A DNA stretch of 63,842 nt, counting the filler. It is 4 parts of 4 records of this genome, joined end to end, with 100 filler letters (N's around TTAATTAATTAA, not from the genome) between each part and the next. Parts side by side here need not be neighbours in the genome. Positions count along the whole stretch, not along the records: positions 1 to 29,623 come from DRR723986_7774; positions 29,724 to 42,536 come from DRR723986_7812; 2 more parts are not named here. One strand, 5' to 3'. The notes under the pieces were generated by a model. That model was not told the origin of the DNA. It searched no databases and saw only the letters and a list, made by a program, of their open reading frames with translations. Shown in pieces: positions 28,565 through 38,124 of the stretch (within the stretch, counting starts at the first letter, position 1; the number at the start of each line of letters is the position of its first letter). The position numbers and the translations under genes are program-made.

Positions 28565-29418
28565 AAATATTTGGCGTGCGGCATTCAATCGCTTTTCTGC
28601 TGGCATTGTCGGCATGGGCTGCACACGCAGCACCGCAGCGCATTGTCAGCCTGTTGCCTTCGCTCACTGAAAGTGTATGTGAATTGGGGGCCTGTAGCCG
28701 CTTGGTGGGTGTAGATCGATATTCCAACTGGCCAGCATCGGTTCAACAACTGCCCCGTGTAGGCGGCGGGATTGATCCGAATATTGAAGCGATTGTTGCA
28801 TTGAAGCCAGACCTTGTGTTGATGGCAGAATCGACACGTGCAGCCGAAAGGTTGCAGGCACTCGGCCTGAAAGTGCTGATGCTTGAGCCAAAAACACATG
28901 AACAGGTGCAGGTGGTGATGGCCAAAGTGGGCGAAGCCTTGGGATTTGCACCGGCAAAGGCCGAGCAGGTGTGGCGCAATGTGGATGCGGGTGTGTCTGC
29001 CGCAGCAGCTTCTTTGCCGGAACATGCGCGCGGTATTCGCGTTTATTTTGAAGTGAACCGGGCGCCCTACGCCGCAGGTGAATCATCTTTTATCGGTCAA
29101 ACACTCAAGCGCCTTGGTGTGGGCAATGTGGTGCCTGCTGAACTGGGGCCGTTTCCAAAGCTGAACCCGGAATTTGTGGTGCGTGCCAACCCCGACCTGA
29201 TCATGGTGGGGCAACGCAATGTGCAAGGCATGACCGAGCGGCCCGGCTGGCAGCGCCTGCGTGCGGTGCGCGAACAACGCATTTGCATTTTCAACAGTGA
29301 CGATGAGGACGCCATTGTGCGCCCCGGCCCCCGCATGGCCGAAGGTGCCCGCCTGCTGGCGCAGTGCATTCTGAAACACAGCAATGTAACTCCAACAAGC
29401 CGAGGTGGTGCCTTATGA
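28561..29418 (+). CDS. btuF: Periplasmic cobalamin-binding protein (BtuF-like)
   Basis: PQRIVSLLPSLTE, LVGVD, PNIEAIVALKPDLV, RPGPR. Confidence 0.82.
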   Translation: MKIFGVRHSIAFLLALSAWAAHAAPQRIVSLLPSLTESVCELGACSRLVGVDRYSNWPASVQQLPRVGGGIDPNIEAIVALKPDLVLMAESTRAAERLQALGLKVLMLEPKTHEQVQVVMAKVGEALGFAPAKAEQVWRNVDAGVSAAAASLPEHARGIRVYFEVNRAPYAAGESSFIGQTLKRLGVGNVVPAELGPFPKLNPEFVVRANPDLIMVGQRNVQGMTERPGWQRLRAVREQRICIFNSDDEDAIVRPGPRMAEGARLLAQCILKHSNVTPTSRGGAL

Positions 29419-29623
29419 ATACACGCGCAAGCCTGTGGCTGGGTGTTTTGTTGTTGGCCTTAAGCCTGTTGTTGTGCGCCATTGGTTTGGGTGTGGGCAG
29501 CACAGGTCTTGAATCGGTGTGGCGCATGTGGGGTGACCCGGTGGCTCATCAAATAATTTTCGACATTCGTGCACCCCGCACACTGGGTGCCTGGGCCGCC
29601 GGTGCCTTGCTTGGGCTGGCGGG
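29415..29623 (+). CDS. FecCD/BtuC-family ABC permease, 5' part (cut by contig end)
   Basis: Hydrophobic N-terminus, IIFDIRAPRTLGAWAAGALLGLAG. Confidence 0.8.
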
Positions 29624-29723
29624 NNNNNNNNNNNNNNNNNNNNNNNNNNNNNNNNNNNNNNNNNNNNTTAATTAATTAANNNNNNNNNNNNNNNNNNNNN
29701 NNNNNNNNNNNNNNNNNNNNNNN
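29624..29723. other. Artificial contig spacer (N runs with TTAATTAATTAA)
   Basis: Same 100-nt construct occurs three times; gene content and composition change across it. Confidence 0.97.
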
Positions 29724-29724
29724 G

Positions 29725-29955
29725 TCGGTTCTGGCCGAGGCGCGGATGGATGATGACGTGTTGTCCGGTGTGCAGATCGAAGCGATGATTTCCGGCAAGG
29801 ATACCTCCGACTGTGAAGAAGCGGCAGGCGCCACCCGGATCAAACGGTTGCGCGACACCTTGGGCAATCAGATCGTCAGTGAGTTGCTTGTCAAAAACAT
29901 CGCGCGCCGCGGCTATATGCTGGCCATTGAAAAGGACGTGATCCAGATGATCTGA
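29725..29955 (+). CDS. C-terminal part of a winged-helix DNA-binding protein (partial)
   Basis: ATRIKRLRDTLG...VKNIARRGYML resembles an OmpR-type wHTH wing. Confidence 0.55.
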   Translation, partial: SVLAEARMDDDVLSGVQIEAMISGKDTSDCEEAAGATRIKRLRDTLGNQIVSELLVKNIARRGYMLAIEKDVIQMI

Positions 29956-30246
29956 TCAATGGTTGGGGGATGTTTTCTGTTTAGACTGTGCAGGGGGTTT
30001 GGGCGCAGCGCCCAGCGCCTGACAGTTGCACCGAGCCATGTTGTCATAAATCAGCTCGTCCCTGATGGGCGGACAGCCTTGTCCAACATTTGTTTGCATT
30101 CTTCCACTGATCCTAGACGCACACACGCTCATACAAATGCATTGATCACGTGTTGGCTGCTGTGGAACGTTCTGCTGTGCAGTGGCCGCAGTTCCGATCA
30201 ACAAGACACCCAGTGGGAGAAGTCTGTTCAGCATCTGGTCCCTCAT
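29956..30246 (-). CDS. Small secreted Cys-rich hypothetical protein
   Basis: Signal-like MLNRLLPLGVLLIGTAATA, six Cys. Confidence 0.5.
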   Translation of the reverse strand: MRDQMLNRLLPLGVLLIGTAATAQQNVPQQPTRDQCICMSVCASRISGRMQTNVGQGCPPIRDELIYDNMARCNCQALGAAPKPPAQSKQKTSPNH

Positions 30247-30378
30247 TCGTCTTTGATCGTCGCCTGTTTAACCGATTGCGCGCCCGAAACATAACTTTTC
30301 CGCGCGGTCCTCTTGGTTTTTGTCCCCGTGCGCCCCATCCTTAGACCCAATCCGTGCTGACGAAGGGAGGGTCCCCCC

Positions 30379-31938
30379 ATGAACGTCCACGCAACCCCAC
30401 AAATCAAAGGGTACGGCATCGATGTCGAACCTTTGAGTGGCGAAATCACAATCCGTCGGAACGACATCACCATCGCAAAAACCAAAAACGCCAAGGTGAT
30501 GTATGAAACACGCCTGCCCCCTGCGATCTATGTCCCGCGCGAAGATGTGTTGGTGGATTTGAGCGCGCCATCCGCGCTCAAGACGTTTTGCCCGTTCAAA
30601 GGCACGGCGCGCTATCGCGATATTCTGCTGAACGACGAGCGGGTCGAAAATTCAGTTTGGGCCTATGAACGCCCGTTGCCGGAAAGCAAGGATATCCAAG
30701 GCTACGTTGGTTTCATGCCACAGGCCTATACGCAGGTTGATCTGGGGAAAAACACCCTGCGCGACCCCGATGATGGCAACATCAGCGGCCCTTTGGTGGA
30801 TTGGCTGATGCGCGGCGCATCCACCCTGACCACCCCCGAAGATTTCACCCGTGCGCTGGCTGAAAAGATGCTGGATCATGGGATTGCGATTTCCCGGCTT
30901 GGTATTCTGGCGTGGTCGCTTCACCCGCTGATCGCCGGCAAGCACTATATCTGGGAAAAGGACGAAGAAGAGATTTCGACCTATGCGCCCACCTATGAAA
31001 TCCATGATCACCCGTCGTTCACCAACAGCCCCTTGCGCCATGTGTCCAACGGGCTGGGCGGTGTGCGCCAGCGGTTGACCGACGATCACCCGGAAAATAG
31101 CTTTCCCATCATGGAGGATCTGCGCGCCAAGGGGGCGACCGATTATGTCGCCATGCCGATCCCATTTTCTGACGGGCGCACCAATGTGCTGACCCTGACA
31201 AGCGACCATCCTGATGGATTTACAACGGCTAACCTTGGGTTGGTCTTTGAATGTTCTGCCGTAATTGGCCGGTTCTACGAAGTGTTCATGCAGCGTGAAA
31301 ATGCACAGTCTTTGTTGGAAACTTATGTCGGCAAACGGTCTGGTGCGCGGGTTCTGGGCGGTGAAATCCGGCGCGGGGACGGGGATGAAATCGACGCGGC
31401 GATCATGTTCTGTGATCTGCGCGGATCAACCCGGCTCGAAGAACAACTGGGGCGTGGTGCCTATATCACGCTGCTAAACACGTTTTTCGAAACGGTGTCC
31501 GGGATCATTCATGACCACGGAGGCGAGGTGCTTAAATTCATCGGCGACGCGGTCTTGGCCGTGTTTCCTGCGGATGAGGATGCAAGGTCGGCCTGCAATC
31601 ACGCCCTAAAATCCGCCATGCAGATCGTCGAGCAGCTGTCTGCCCCATGCGAAGATGAAGTTGGGGTTGCCTGTGATTGCGCCATTGGGCTGGCCTTTGG
31701 GCGCGTGACCTATGGCAACGTCGGGTCGCGGGAGCGGTTGGATTTCACCGTTATCGGACAGGCTGCAAACATCGCAGCCCGGTTGGGCGATTTTGGCAAA
31801 ACCATCGGGGAACGCATTGTCGTGTCACAGGATATACTACCCTCATGTGGTCAGGCCAAAGATCTGGGAGATGTCACATTACACAATGTGTCCCGTCCCG
31901 TTCGATGCCATGCCGTGCAAACACCCGCCCATCTGTGA
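30379..31938 (+). CDS. DUF427 + class III adenylate/guanylate cyclase
   Basis: YVPREDV, TFCPFKGTARY, VWAYE (DUF427); FCDLRGST, LKFIGDAVL, GNVGSRERLDFTVIGQAANIAARL (cyclase). Confidence 0.88.
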   Translation: MNVHATPQIKGYGIDVEPLSGEITIRRNDITIAKTKNAKVMYETRLPPAIYVPREDVLVDLSAPSALKTFCPFKGTARYRDILLNDERVENSVWAYERPLPESKDIQGYVGFMPQAYTQVDLGKNTLRDPDDGNISGPLVDWLMRGASTLTTPEDFTRALAEKMLDHGIAISRLGILAWSLHPLIAGKHYIWEKDEEEISTYAPTYEIHDHPSFTNSPLRHVSNGLGGVRQRLTDDHPENSFPIMEDLRAKGATDYVAMPIPFSDGRTNVLTLTSDHPDGFTTANLGLVFECSAVIGRFYEVFMQRENAQSLLETYVGKRSGARVLGGEIRRGDGDEIDAAIMFCDLRGSTRLEEQLGRGAYITLLNTFFETVSGIIHDHGGEVLKFIGDAVLAVFPADEDARSACNHALKSAMQIVEQLSAPCEDEVGVACDCAIGLAFGRVTYGNVGSRERLDFTVIGQAANIAARLGDFGKTIGERIVVSQDILPSCGQAKDLGDVTLHNVSRPVRCHAVQTPAHL

Positions 31939-32053
31939 GCCGTCGACGCGTTCGCTTAGAAAGCTGCCCCTGTCACAAATCGGTTCACAGCCAGCGCAAT
32001 TCAGCAGTATACTGGAAAAAGCACCGTATGCCGGGATTTCGGAGACTATTGAA

Positions 32054-33238
32054 TTGGCAGACATTATCCTTTCTCGTGCTGCGGAAATCCCCGATCAGCT
32101 CAGAATTGCGCGCGCAAAAAGTTCCCCGAATCTAGGACCTCGGATTTTATTTTTCAGCGGCGGCAGTGCCTTGAATGACATTTCCCGCAGTTTGAAACGT
32201 TACACTCACAACTCGGTTCACTTGATCACGCCTTTTGACAGCGGGGGCAGCTCGCAAGTGTTGCGCAAGGCTTTTAACATGCCTGCCGTTGGGGATTTGC
32301 GCAGCCGCTTGATGGCACTGGCAGATGAAACCGAGCTGGGACAACCAGATATTTTCAGATTGTTTACGCACCGCTTACCTGTGGACGCGGATCCCGACAC
32401 GTTGAACAAGGAATTTCGCTCCATCGTGCATGGCCAACATCCTTTGATGCAAGCGGTGTCCCAACCGATGCGCAGCCTGATCCTCACTCAGATCAAAGCC
32501 TTTGATGCGCGCAGGCCCAAAGACTTTGATCTGCGCAACGCGAGTGTTGGGAATCTCATCGTGGCTGGGGGGTATTTTGCAAACGATTTCAACCTGGAAC
32601 CCGTTTTGTTCATCATGTCCAAAATGGTGGCGGTCTTGGGAACAGTGCGCGCCATTGTTGACGACAATCTGCATATCGGGGCCAAGTTGGAAAATGGCAC
32701 CGTCATTCTGGGCCAAAGGGAACTGACCGGCAAAGAGGTTCCCCCACTGCCCTGCCCGATCCAACAGCTGTTTCTGACCAACGCGCACAACCGACTTCCG
32801 CGCGAAGCCGTCCGCTTGCCTATGCGCAATCGCAGGCTCATCCGTAAATCTGATGTGATTTGCTATGCGCCCGGCAGCCTGTTTTCCAGCGTCATTGCCA
32901 ACCTACTGCCTTTGGGGGTTGGCGCAACAATCGCTGAGCGGCAGGTGCCCAAGGTGTACCTGCCTAGCCTTGGCACCGACCCGGAATGTCCGGGCATGGA
33001 TCTGGCGGATCAACTCGAAGCCATCCTTTCAGCGCTCAAGATTGATGCCCCGGAACATGTTGCAAACCCGGCTTTGGTAAACACCATTTTATGTGATGAA
33101 ACGCTGTACACATCACAAATTGCGACACGTCTGGAACGGTTGGGGGTTCAATGCGTTCCGACGCTTTTGCACAAAGCCAACGATCCGCATCTATACGACC
33201 CGGACAAAGTGTGCGACGCGCTGATTTCGCTGTCTTGA
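32054..33238 (+). CDS. CofD/YvcK-related protein (GAK-system type)
   Basis: GPRILFFSGGSAL, ITPFDSGGSS, GDLRSRL, YAPGSLFSS. TTG start after GGAG; the track ORF from 31712 overlaps the cyclase. Confidence 0.78.
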   Translation: MADIILSRAAEIPDQLRIARAKSSPNLGPRILFFSGGSALNDISRSLKRYTHNSVHLITPFDSGGSSQVLRKAFNMPAVGDLRSRLMALADETELGQPDIFRLFTHRLPVDADPDTLNKEFRSIVHGQHPLMQAVSQPMRSLILTQIKAFDARRPKDFDLRNASVGNLIVAGGYFANDFNLEPVLFIMSKMVAVLGTVRAIVDDNLHIGAKLENGTVILGQRELTGKEVPPLPCPIQQLFLTNAHNRLPREAVRLPMRNRRLIRKSDVICYAPGSLFSSVIANLLPLGVGATIAERQVPKVYLPSLGTDPECPGMDLADQLEAILSALKIDAPEHVANPALVNTILCDETLYTSQIATRLERLGVQCVPTLLHKANDPHLYDPDKVCDALISLS

Positions 33239-33240
33239 GG

Positions 33241-34596
33241 TCACTCTTTCCCGGTTCGCCATTCGCGCCAAAGCAGCCCTGTATTTATCGCCAGCGCCCC
33301 CAGTGGGGCGGGTGGCAAAATCTGCGGCATCGGGTTTTTCTGAATTGCATCTGCAAGGGGCGAGCGGCCTTGCAGCACCAATTCTGCGATGGCAATTCCG
33401 TGCAAAGTGTCTTTGGTCACCCCCATGTCATTGTGACAACAGGCGCTGAATAACCCCGGCTCTAACTCACCAAAAATCACACCTGCTTTGCGGCTGAAAC
33501 ATCGCATTGCAGACCAGTGATGGGCGAACCGCAGGTTTGGGATGTGGGGGAACCGCTCTTTCAACTTACGATCGTGTACCCAGCTGGCATTGCGAATGCG
33601 CATTGGGCTGGTCTCCTGAGACGGATGAAAGCTGGTCCCCCCGGTCACAACCAACCTTTCGTCTGAGCCGGTTTTGACCCGACGCATGGAAAAGCCCAGC
33701 GGATCGACGGACATTAACGCCCATCGCGGTTGTTCCCCAATCGCTATGGATTGCTCTTTGGTCAGCGGGTCTGACATCGAAAAGTATCGACTCAGATGCA
33801 GCAAGCGACGCGGGGCAAATCCAAATTGTTCAATGTGCCCATTGTTAGCGAAAATGATCGTCTGTGTGGAAATTTGCGCTTTTGGGGTCCGAATTCGCCA
33901 GCCTCCGGCGTCTTTGGAAAGCCCCAGAACAGGGCTGCCTTCGTAGATCCGCACCCATTTCCCCAGCTGTTTTGACATCGCGGTCACAAAGGCAGCGGGC
34001 TGTAGGTTAGCAGCGCCGAGACATGCGATCCCCTGACGGTAAAATGGGCTGCCCGTCATCGCGTGGAGATTTGCCTGACCCAGCCAGTCAAAAGGCGTTG
34101 ACGATGCGGTTAAGCGCTCAGCTATTTTGGCAAGACGACGCTGCCCTCTTCGACCCGCTGCGCCCCAGATCTGAGGAGCCAATTCGAAAACATGCCTAGG
34201 AAGGTCGAGATCCTGCGCGCATCGCGCCATGAAGGCGACCGCCTTCTGAGACATCTTTAGGTCATTGCTTTCGTCCGCAGCGGTAGGCCCCGAAAACAGA
34301 TCTTCTGATAAGACATGCGAGACTCCAAAACTGCGTCCGGATCCGCTGTTTGTGATCTGGTCAGCCTCTAGCAGAGTCACCCGCAGGTTTGGATCGATCT
34401 GCACCAAACGCTGTGCGGCCATCAAGCCAGAAACGCCAGCCCCAACGATTGTCACATCTGCTGTTTGCTTGGTGTCCAGTTCAGGCCATGGACGGGACGA
34501 AGACCCCGTCGCGACCCATCCGGAAAGACCCATTTGACGTGGCAAGCCGGATGTTCCGCTTCCTTGCCGCTCGCCACTCTTCTCCGTCACCATCAC
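33241..34596 (-). CDS. FAD-dependent oxidoreductase (DAO/PuuB-like)
   Basis: ADVTIVGAGVSG, LQPAAFV, IYEGSPV, MGVTKDTLHG; start uncertain. Confidence 0.75.
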   Translation of the reverse strand: MMVTEKSGERQGSGTSGLPRQMGLSGWVATGSSSRPWPELDTKQTADVTIVGAGVSGLMAAQRLVQIDPNLRVTLLEADQITNSGSGRSFGVSHVLSEDLFSGPTAADESNDLKMSQKAVAFMARCAQDLDLPRHVFELAPQIWGAAGRRGQRRLAKIAERLTASSTPFDWLGQANLHAMTGSPFYRQGIACLGAANLQPAAFVTAMSKQLGKWVRIYEGSPVLGLSKDAGGWRIRTPKAQISTQTIIFANNGHIEQFGFAPRRLLHLSRYFSMSDPLTKEQSIAIGEQPRWALMSVDPLGFSMRRVKTGSDERLVVTGGTSFHPSQETSPMRIRNASWVHDRKLKERFPHIPNLRFAHHWSAMRCFSRKAGVIFGELEPGLFSACCHNDMGVTKDTLHGIAIAELVLQGRSPLADAIQKNPMPQILPPAPLGALAINTGLLWREWRTGKE

Positions 34597-34720
34597 CCTT
34601 TCTTAGGCAAAGACACGGATCAAAATTCGTATGCTTTTCCGCGTTCCTCAAGAACTTTCGCAAGTCTGCGGTCACTCTGCAAGGCGCATGCTGATCTCGC
34701 CTTTGTCCATGCGAGAAAAG

Positions 34721-35512
34721 TTAGGATTGCAGCAAGGCCAAGGCTGTCGCGCCAGAACTATACCCGTCCCCCAAACCATTGATCTGAGACCGGGCCAGAT
34801 AAAGGTTGGTTAGTCGTTCCATCGCGTCAGGATCGGTAAATTGCGAAATGTCGGAACTGCCGGTGACGCTGTGCAACTTATCTTTGAAAATACCCAACTG
34901 CTGATCCAAATCGATTTTTGCCAACCCGCGCGGCAATGCCAATGCCACCTCAAACATTTCACGCAATGGGGGCAAACCCATAATCGTAAACCACTTGGCA
35001 GTGTCGCTGGAGTCGCTTTCTGCCAGCTCGGTCAGCTCTCGCTGGGCATAAAGAGCAACCCGCATGGAATCATCCGTTTCACCGACAGCCTGTTCAAACG
35101 ACTCTGTTTTATGTTGGTTCACCACCGCCGACATATCCGTCAAAAAGCCCGTTTTTCGGACCTCTCCCGGGCCAAATCCGAATGCTTTGCTGAAATCCTG
35201 GTATCTTTGGTCGCTCAACCGGTTCGCCAAAGCATCGTCGGCTTCTGTGCCATCTTCCAGGATTTTCTGGATGAAATAATTGCTGTTGATGTCTTCTGAC
35301 AGGCCAAAGGCCCCCAACGCCACCCGCAACAATCGCTTATTGGCTACAAGATCCGCTGCTGTTTTCACCTCACCGATATTCTTTTCAAAATAGGTGGTGT
35401 CGCGTTCCAATTGGGCGGATTTTGAAAACGTCTCGAACTGGGTGTCATAGGTTCGTTGGAGGAATTTCCAGCCCCCAATTCCATCCGTTGGAACAACCGG
35501 TTGAAAGGTCAT
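34721..35512 (-). CDS. DUF1217 flagellar-cluster protein
   Basis: GWKFLQRT, LLRVALGAFGL..DI, ALANRLSDQRY; overlaps the flbT stop. Confidence 0.85.
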   Translation of the reverse strand: MTFQPVVPTDGIGGWKFLQRTYDTQFETFSKSAQLERDTTYFEKNIGEVKTAADLVANKRLLRVALGAFGLSEDINSNYFIQKILEDGTEADDALANRLSDQRYQDFSKAFGFGPGEVRKTGFLTDMSAVVNQHKTESFEQAVGETDDSMRVALYAQRELTELAESDSSDTAKWFTIMGLPPLREMFEVALALPRGLAKIDLDQQLGIFKDKLHSVTGSSDISQFTDPDAMERLTNLYLARSQINGLGDGYSSGATALALLQS

Positions 35513-35910
35513 TGCCGAACCGCCAATAACCGGTCTTCGCGCGGCAACAAGGTGCGAAGTGCTTTGAGGCATTTATAATGATGGTTGGCGATCAACGCTT
35601 CTGTCGCTTCTGCCAGGCTGACCCGACTGTCGCGATCCGTGAACACCTGACTTAGCTCTTCGATACGTCGCAACAAAGACAGCCGTGACGCTTCGGGGTC
35701 GCTGTCGCCGGTTAGCACCAGCTGGGCCGCATAGCAGACGCGGCGCACAGGAGTTGTTGCTTCTTCGGGGTGAATCGCGTCGCGCAGGCGCAGGATGTTT
35801 GCATCCGGCGTCACAATCGACAGACGCCCCCGTCGATCCCCGTTTTCAACAACAGCGCCGTTGATCAATACGCGTTCTTTAGGGGCCAGTTTCAGAACAA
35901 GACCACTCAT
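35509..35910 (-). CDS. flbT: Flagellar regulator FlbT
   Basis: LVLKLAPKERVLINGAVVENGDRR, ATTPVRR, YKCLKALR. Confidence 0.93.
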   Translation of the reverse strand: MSGLVLKLAPKERVLINGAVVENGDRRGRLSIVTPDANILRLRDAIHPEEATTPVRRVCYAAQLVLTGDSDPEASRLSLLRRIEELSQVFTDRDSRVSLAEATEALIANHHYKCLKALRTLLPREDRLLAVRQ

Positions 35911-36281
35911 TAGGCTACTCCCTTACTCAGGCCACGCAAGATTGACATGTTGATTTCAATAAGTGGCTGTGCCGTCGCTTGGCGCGCGAGGACTTTACTG
36001 GTGTGCTGATTGGTAAATTCAGCCAGATAGAACAGGTTTGCACGCAATTCGCTTGGCAATTGATTGTTGGAATCCGCAACATCAATCGCAAAGATGGTCC
36101 ACAACTTTTTGTTGTCGTGCAACGCCTCAACCAAAGCCCCAAACCCTGGGCGCCCAAGTTTGACAGCAGATTGCAATTTGCGCGTGATCCGCGCAACCGC
36201 CTCGTATTCCAATTTTCCAGCCGTTCTGATTGGGGTAGCAGATGCCGAATAGGCATTCCGCGCATGGGACAACGCGTTCAA
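35910..36281 (-). CDS. flaF: Flagellar regulator FlaF
   Basis: ALHDNKKLW...NQLPSELRANLFYLAEF...LIEINMSILRGL. Confidence 0.92.
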   Translation of the reverse strand: MNALSHARNAYSASATPIRTAGKLEYEAVARITRKLQSAVKLGRPGFGALVEALHDNKKLWTIFAIDVADSNNQLPSELRANLFYLAEFTNQHTSKVLARQATAQPLIEINMSILRGLSKGVA

Positions 36282-36319
36282 ATCGTATCCTTACTTGGTT
36301 TGGGGATTTATTCAGGTGG

Positions 36320-36344
36320 GACCGGGGCGCTGAACGCCCCGGTC
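36320..36344 (-). terminator. Hairpin after the flagellin gene
   Basis: GACCGGGGCG-ctgaa-CGCCCCGGTC perfect 10-bp stem; no U tract on the minus strand, so possibly a stability or attenuation hairpin. Confidence 0.55.
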
Positions 36345-36351
36345 AAGCCGC

Positions 36352-37176
36352 TTAGCGGAACAGCTGCATCAGAGCCTGTGGCGCCTGGTTTGCGATGGAC
36401 AGAGCCTGCACACCAAGTTGCTGCTGAGTTTGCAGAGCCTTCAGACGTGCCGAAGATTCTTCCATGTCAGTATCAACCAAAGAGCCAATGCCGGTTTTCA
36501 TCGCGTCCGTGACTTTGCTCACAAAGTCATTTTGGTCAGAAATCCGCTTTGCTGAAGCCCCCAGCGCAGATGCGCCGTTTACTGCAGCCTGAATCAGGGC
36601 CTCCATGTTAGCGAGAGACCCGTCTGCGTTTGCCGAAGTCGTAACATCAATACCGGTCAGGTCGAGGTTGGCTTCGAAATCAACCGATGCAACAGTGATG
36701 TTGTCAGCCGTAACAGTGCCAGCCGCATCCCGGTTCAGCGAAGACAAAACAGTAATGTCGCCACCCGCAGTGTTCAGCAGGTTTGAACCATTAAACTGCG
36801 ACCCTTCGATGATGTCCGTAATCTGGTCTTTGATTGCCTGAACGTCAGTGTTGATTTTGCCATTATCAACGTTTTCGCCAGTCGCTGCGACAACCTTTTC
36901 TTTCATCTCTTTGAGCAGATCTGTGATCTGTTCCGCCCCGGCCGAAGCGACTGCAACAGTCGAGCCACCCAAAGACAGAGATTCAGAAACGGCTTTGAAA
37001 CCAGATACGTCCGATTCCATCACTTTGGAAATGGCCCAGATCGCCGAGTTGTCCTTGGCCGTTGCAACTTCTTTACCAGTCGAAATCGCGTTCTGAGTGT
37101 CAGTCAGATTTGAGTTGATGGATTTGAGCGTCTGCAATGCAACCATTGCGCCATTGTTCGTCAGAATGCTGGACAT
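36352..37176 (-). CDS. fliC: Flagellin (274 aa)
   Basis: MSSILTNNGAMVALQTL, ISTGKEV, LVDTDMEESSARLKALQTQQQLGVQALSIANQ. Confidence 0.96.
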   Translation of the reverse strand: MSSILTNNGAMVALQTLKSINSNLTDTQNAISTGKEVATAKDNSAIWAISKVMESDVSGFKAVSESLSLGGSTVAVASAGAEQITDLLKEMKEKVVAATGENVDNGKINTDVQAIKDQITDIIEGSQFNGSNLLNTAGGDITVLSSLNRDAAGTVTADNITVASVDFEANLDLTGIDVTTSANADGSLANMEALIQAAVNGASALGASAKRISDQNDFVSKVTDAMKTGIGSLVDTDMEESSARLKALQTQQQLGVQALSIANQAPQALMQLFR

Positions 37177-37383
37177 AGCATTTTCCTTTTTGTGTTGGGC
37201 AGTTCCGCCCAGTTTTGCATCCACCCTTTAGGGCGTATCGAAACGTCTTTCTGACGAGTGCGAAATCCTTGAACCGGTATCGCGCCACTTCTGTTCGAGT
37301 GCAGGGTCACCATGACCCGCTATGTCCTAACGCTTTGCTAAAGTACGATTTCCTGTTCGTTTCAATTTTCTTCAAACCGGCAA

Positions 37384-37743
37384 TCAACTCCTTTTTTCCA
37401 AACGGGTGTTGAGCTGAAGGTTGATTTTGGTTTTGCGCCCCTGCTGATCATAGGTCTCTAGACCACGGCGCACGCGACGCAGTTCAGCCATCCGTTCACT
37501 CACGGCTTTGATCCCCTCTAGGGCGCTGCCCAGCAGTTGTTGATTGCGCGACACCTTTTCCTGAATCGGCCCCAACTTTTCACGATCAATCGCGTCCAGC
37601 GCATTCAGTTCTTCAATCAGCTTTTCTTTTTCAAGCATCACCTGAGGCAGTTGATTCAACTCGCCCGCGATCAAAGCAGAGCGTTCCAGATCCAACAGTT
37701 CATCCAGGGCGGTCATCAGGTCGTTTGCAGTTTCATTGGTCAT
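37384..37743 (-). CDS. flgN: FlgN-family flagellar export chaperone
   Basis: LLDLERSAL..G, RNQQLL, TYDQQG; located between flgJ-like and fliC. Confidence 0.78.
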   Translation of the reverse strand: MTNETANDLMTALDELLDLERSALIAGELNQLPQVMLEKEKLIEELNALDAIDREKLGPIQEKVSRNQQLLGSALEGIKAVSERMAELRRVRRGLETYDQQGRKTKINLQLNTRLEKRS

Positions 37744-38014
37744 TTGTGGCCTCTGACATTGATTTGAACAGCATTTCCGCCAAGCCGATTCCACCAGCTT
37801 GGGCAATGCTTTCGGCTTGTTTACGCACAAGAAGAGACGCAAATTGATCTTCGCCTGCGCCACCTCCGAATTCTGATCTGCTTTTTCCCATGCCAGCCGC
37901 AGTTAACATTTCGCTTAGAAACGTCGCCTCGAGCTTGATCGCCGCCTCTTTCAGCGCCTGTTCATTGGGCTTTAGGGTCGTGGGTTTGATGGTTTGGATT
38001 TCCGGGATTTGCAT
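37733..38014 (-). CDS. flgJ: Rod-binding protein (single-domain FlgJ)
   Basis: LEATFLSEML...GGGAGEDQFASLL...GGIGLAE. Confidence 0.8.
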   Translation of the reverse strand: MQIPEIQTIKPTTLKPNEQALKEAAIKLEATFLSEMLTAAGMGKSRSEFGGGAGEDQFASLLVRKQAESIAQAGGIGLAEMLFKSMSEATNDQ

Positions 38015-38061
38015 TGTATCTCCCCATTTTGAGTCACTTTCGAGAGATTGCGTCCAAGCAG

Positions 38062-38077
38062 TTAAAATAACGGTAAC
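38062..38077. promoter_or_regulatory. CtrA-like box in the divergent flgJ/fliK spacer
   Basis: TTAA-AATAACG-GTAAC, one mismatch to TTAA-N7-TTAAC. Confidence 0.55.
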
Positions 38078-38124
38078 TGGTTTCGAGGCAGGGTGAGGGC
38101 ACTCTGAAAGAAAAGCGAACAGAA

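Noticed and set aside
31712-32053. N-terminal extension of the CofD-like ORF
   Set aside because: It overlaps the cyclase 3' end; an RBS and TTG at 32054 fit the family start.
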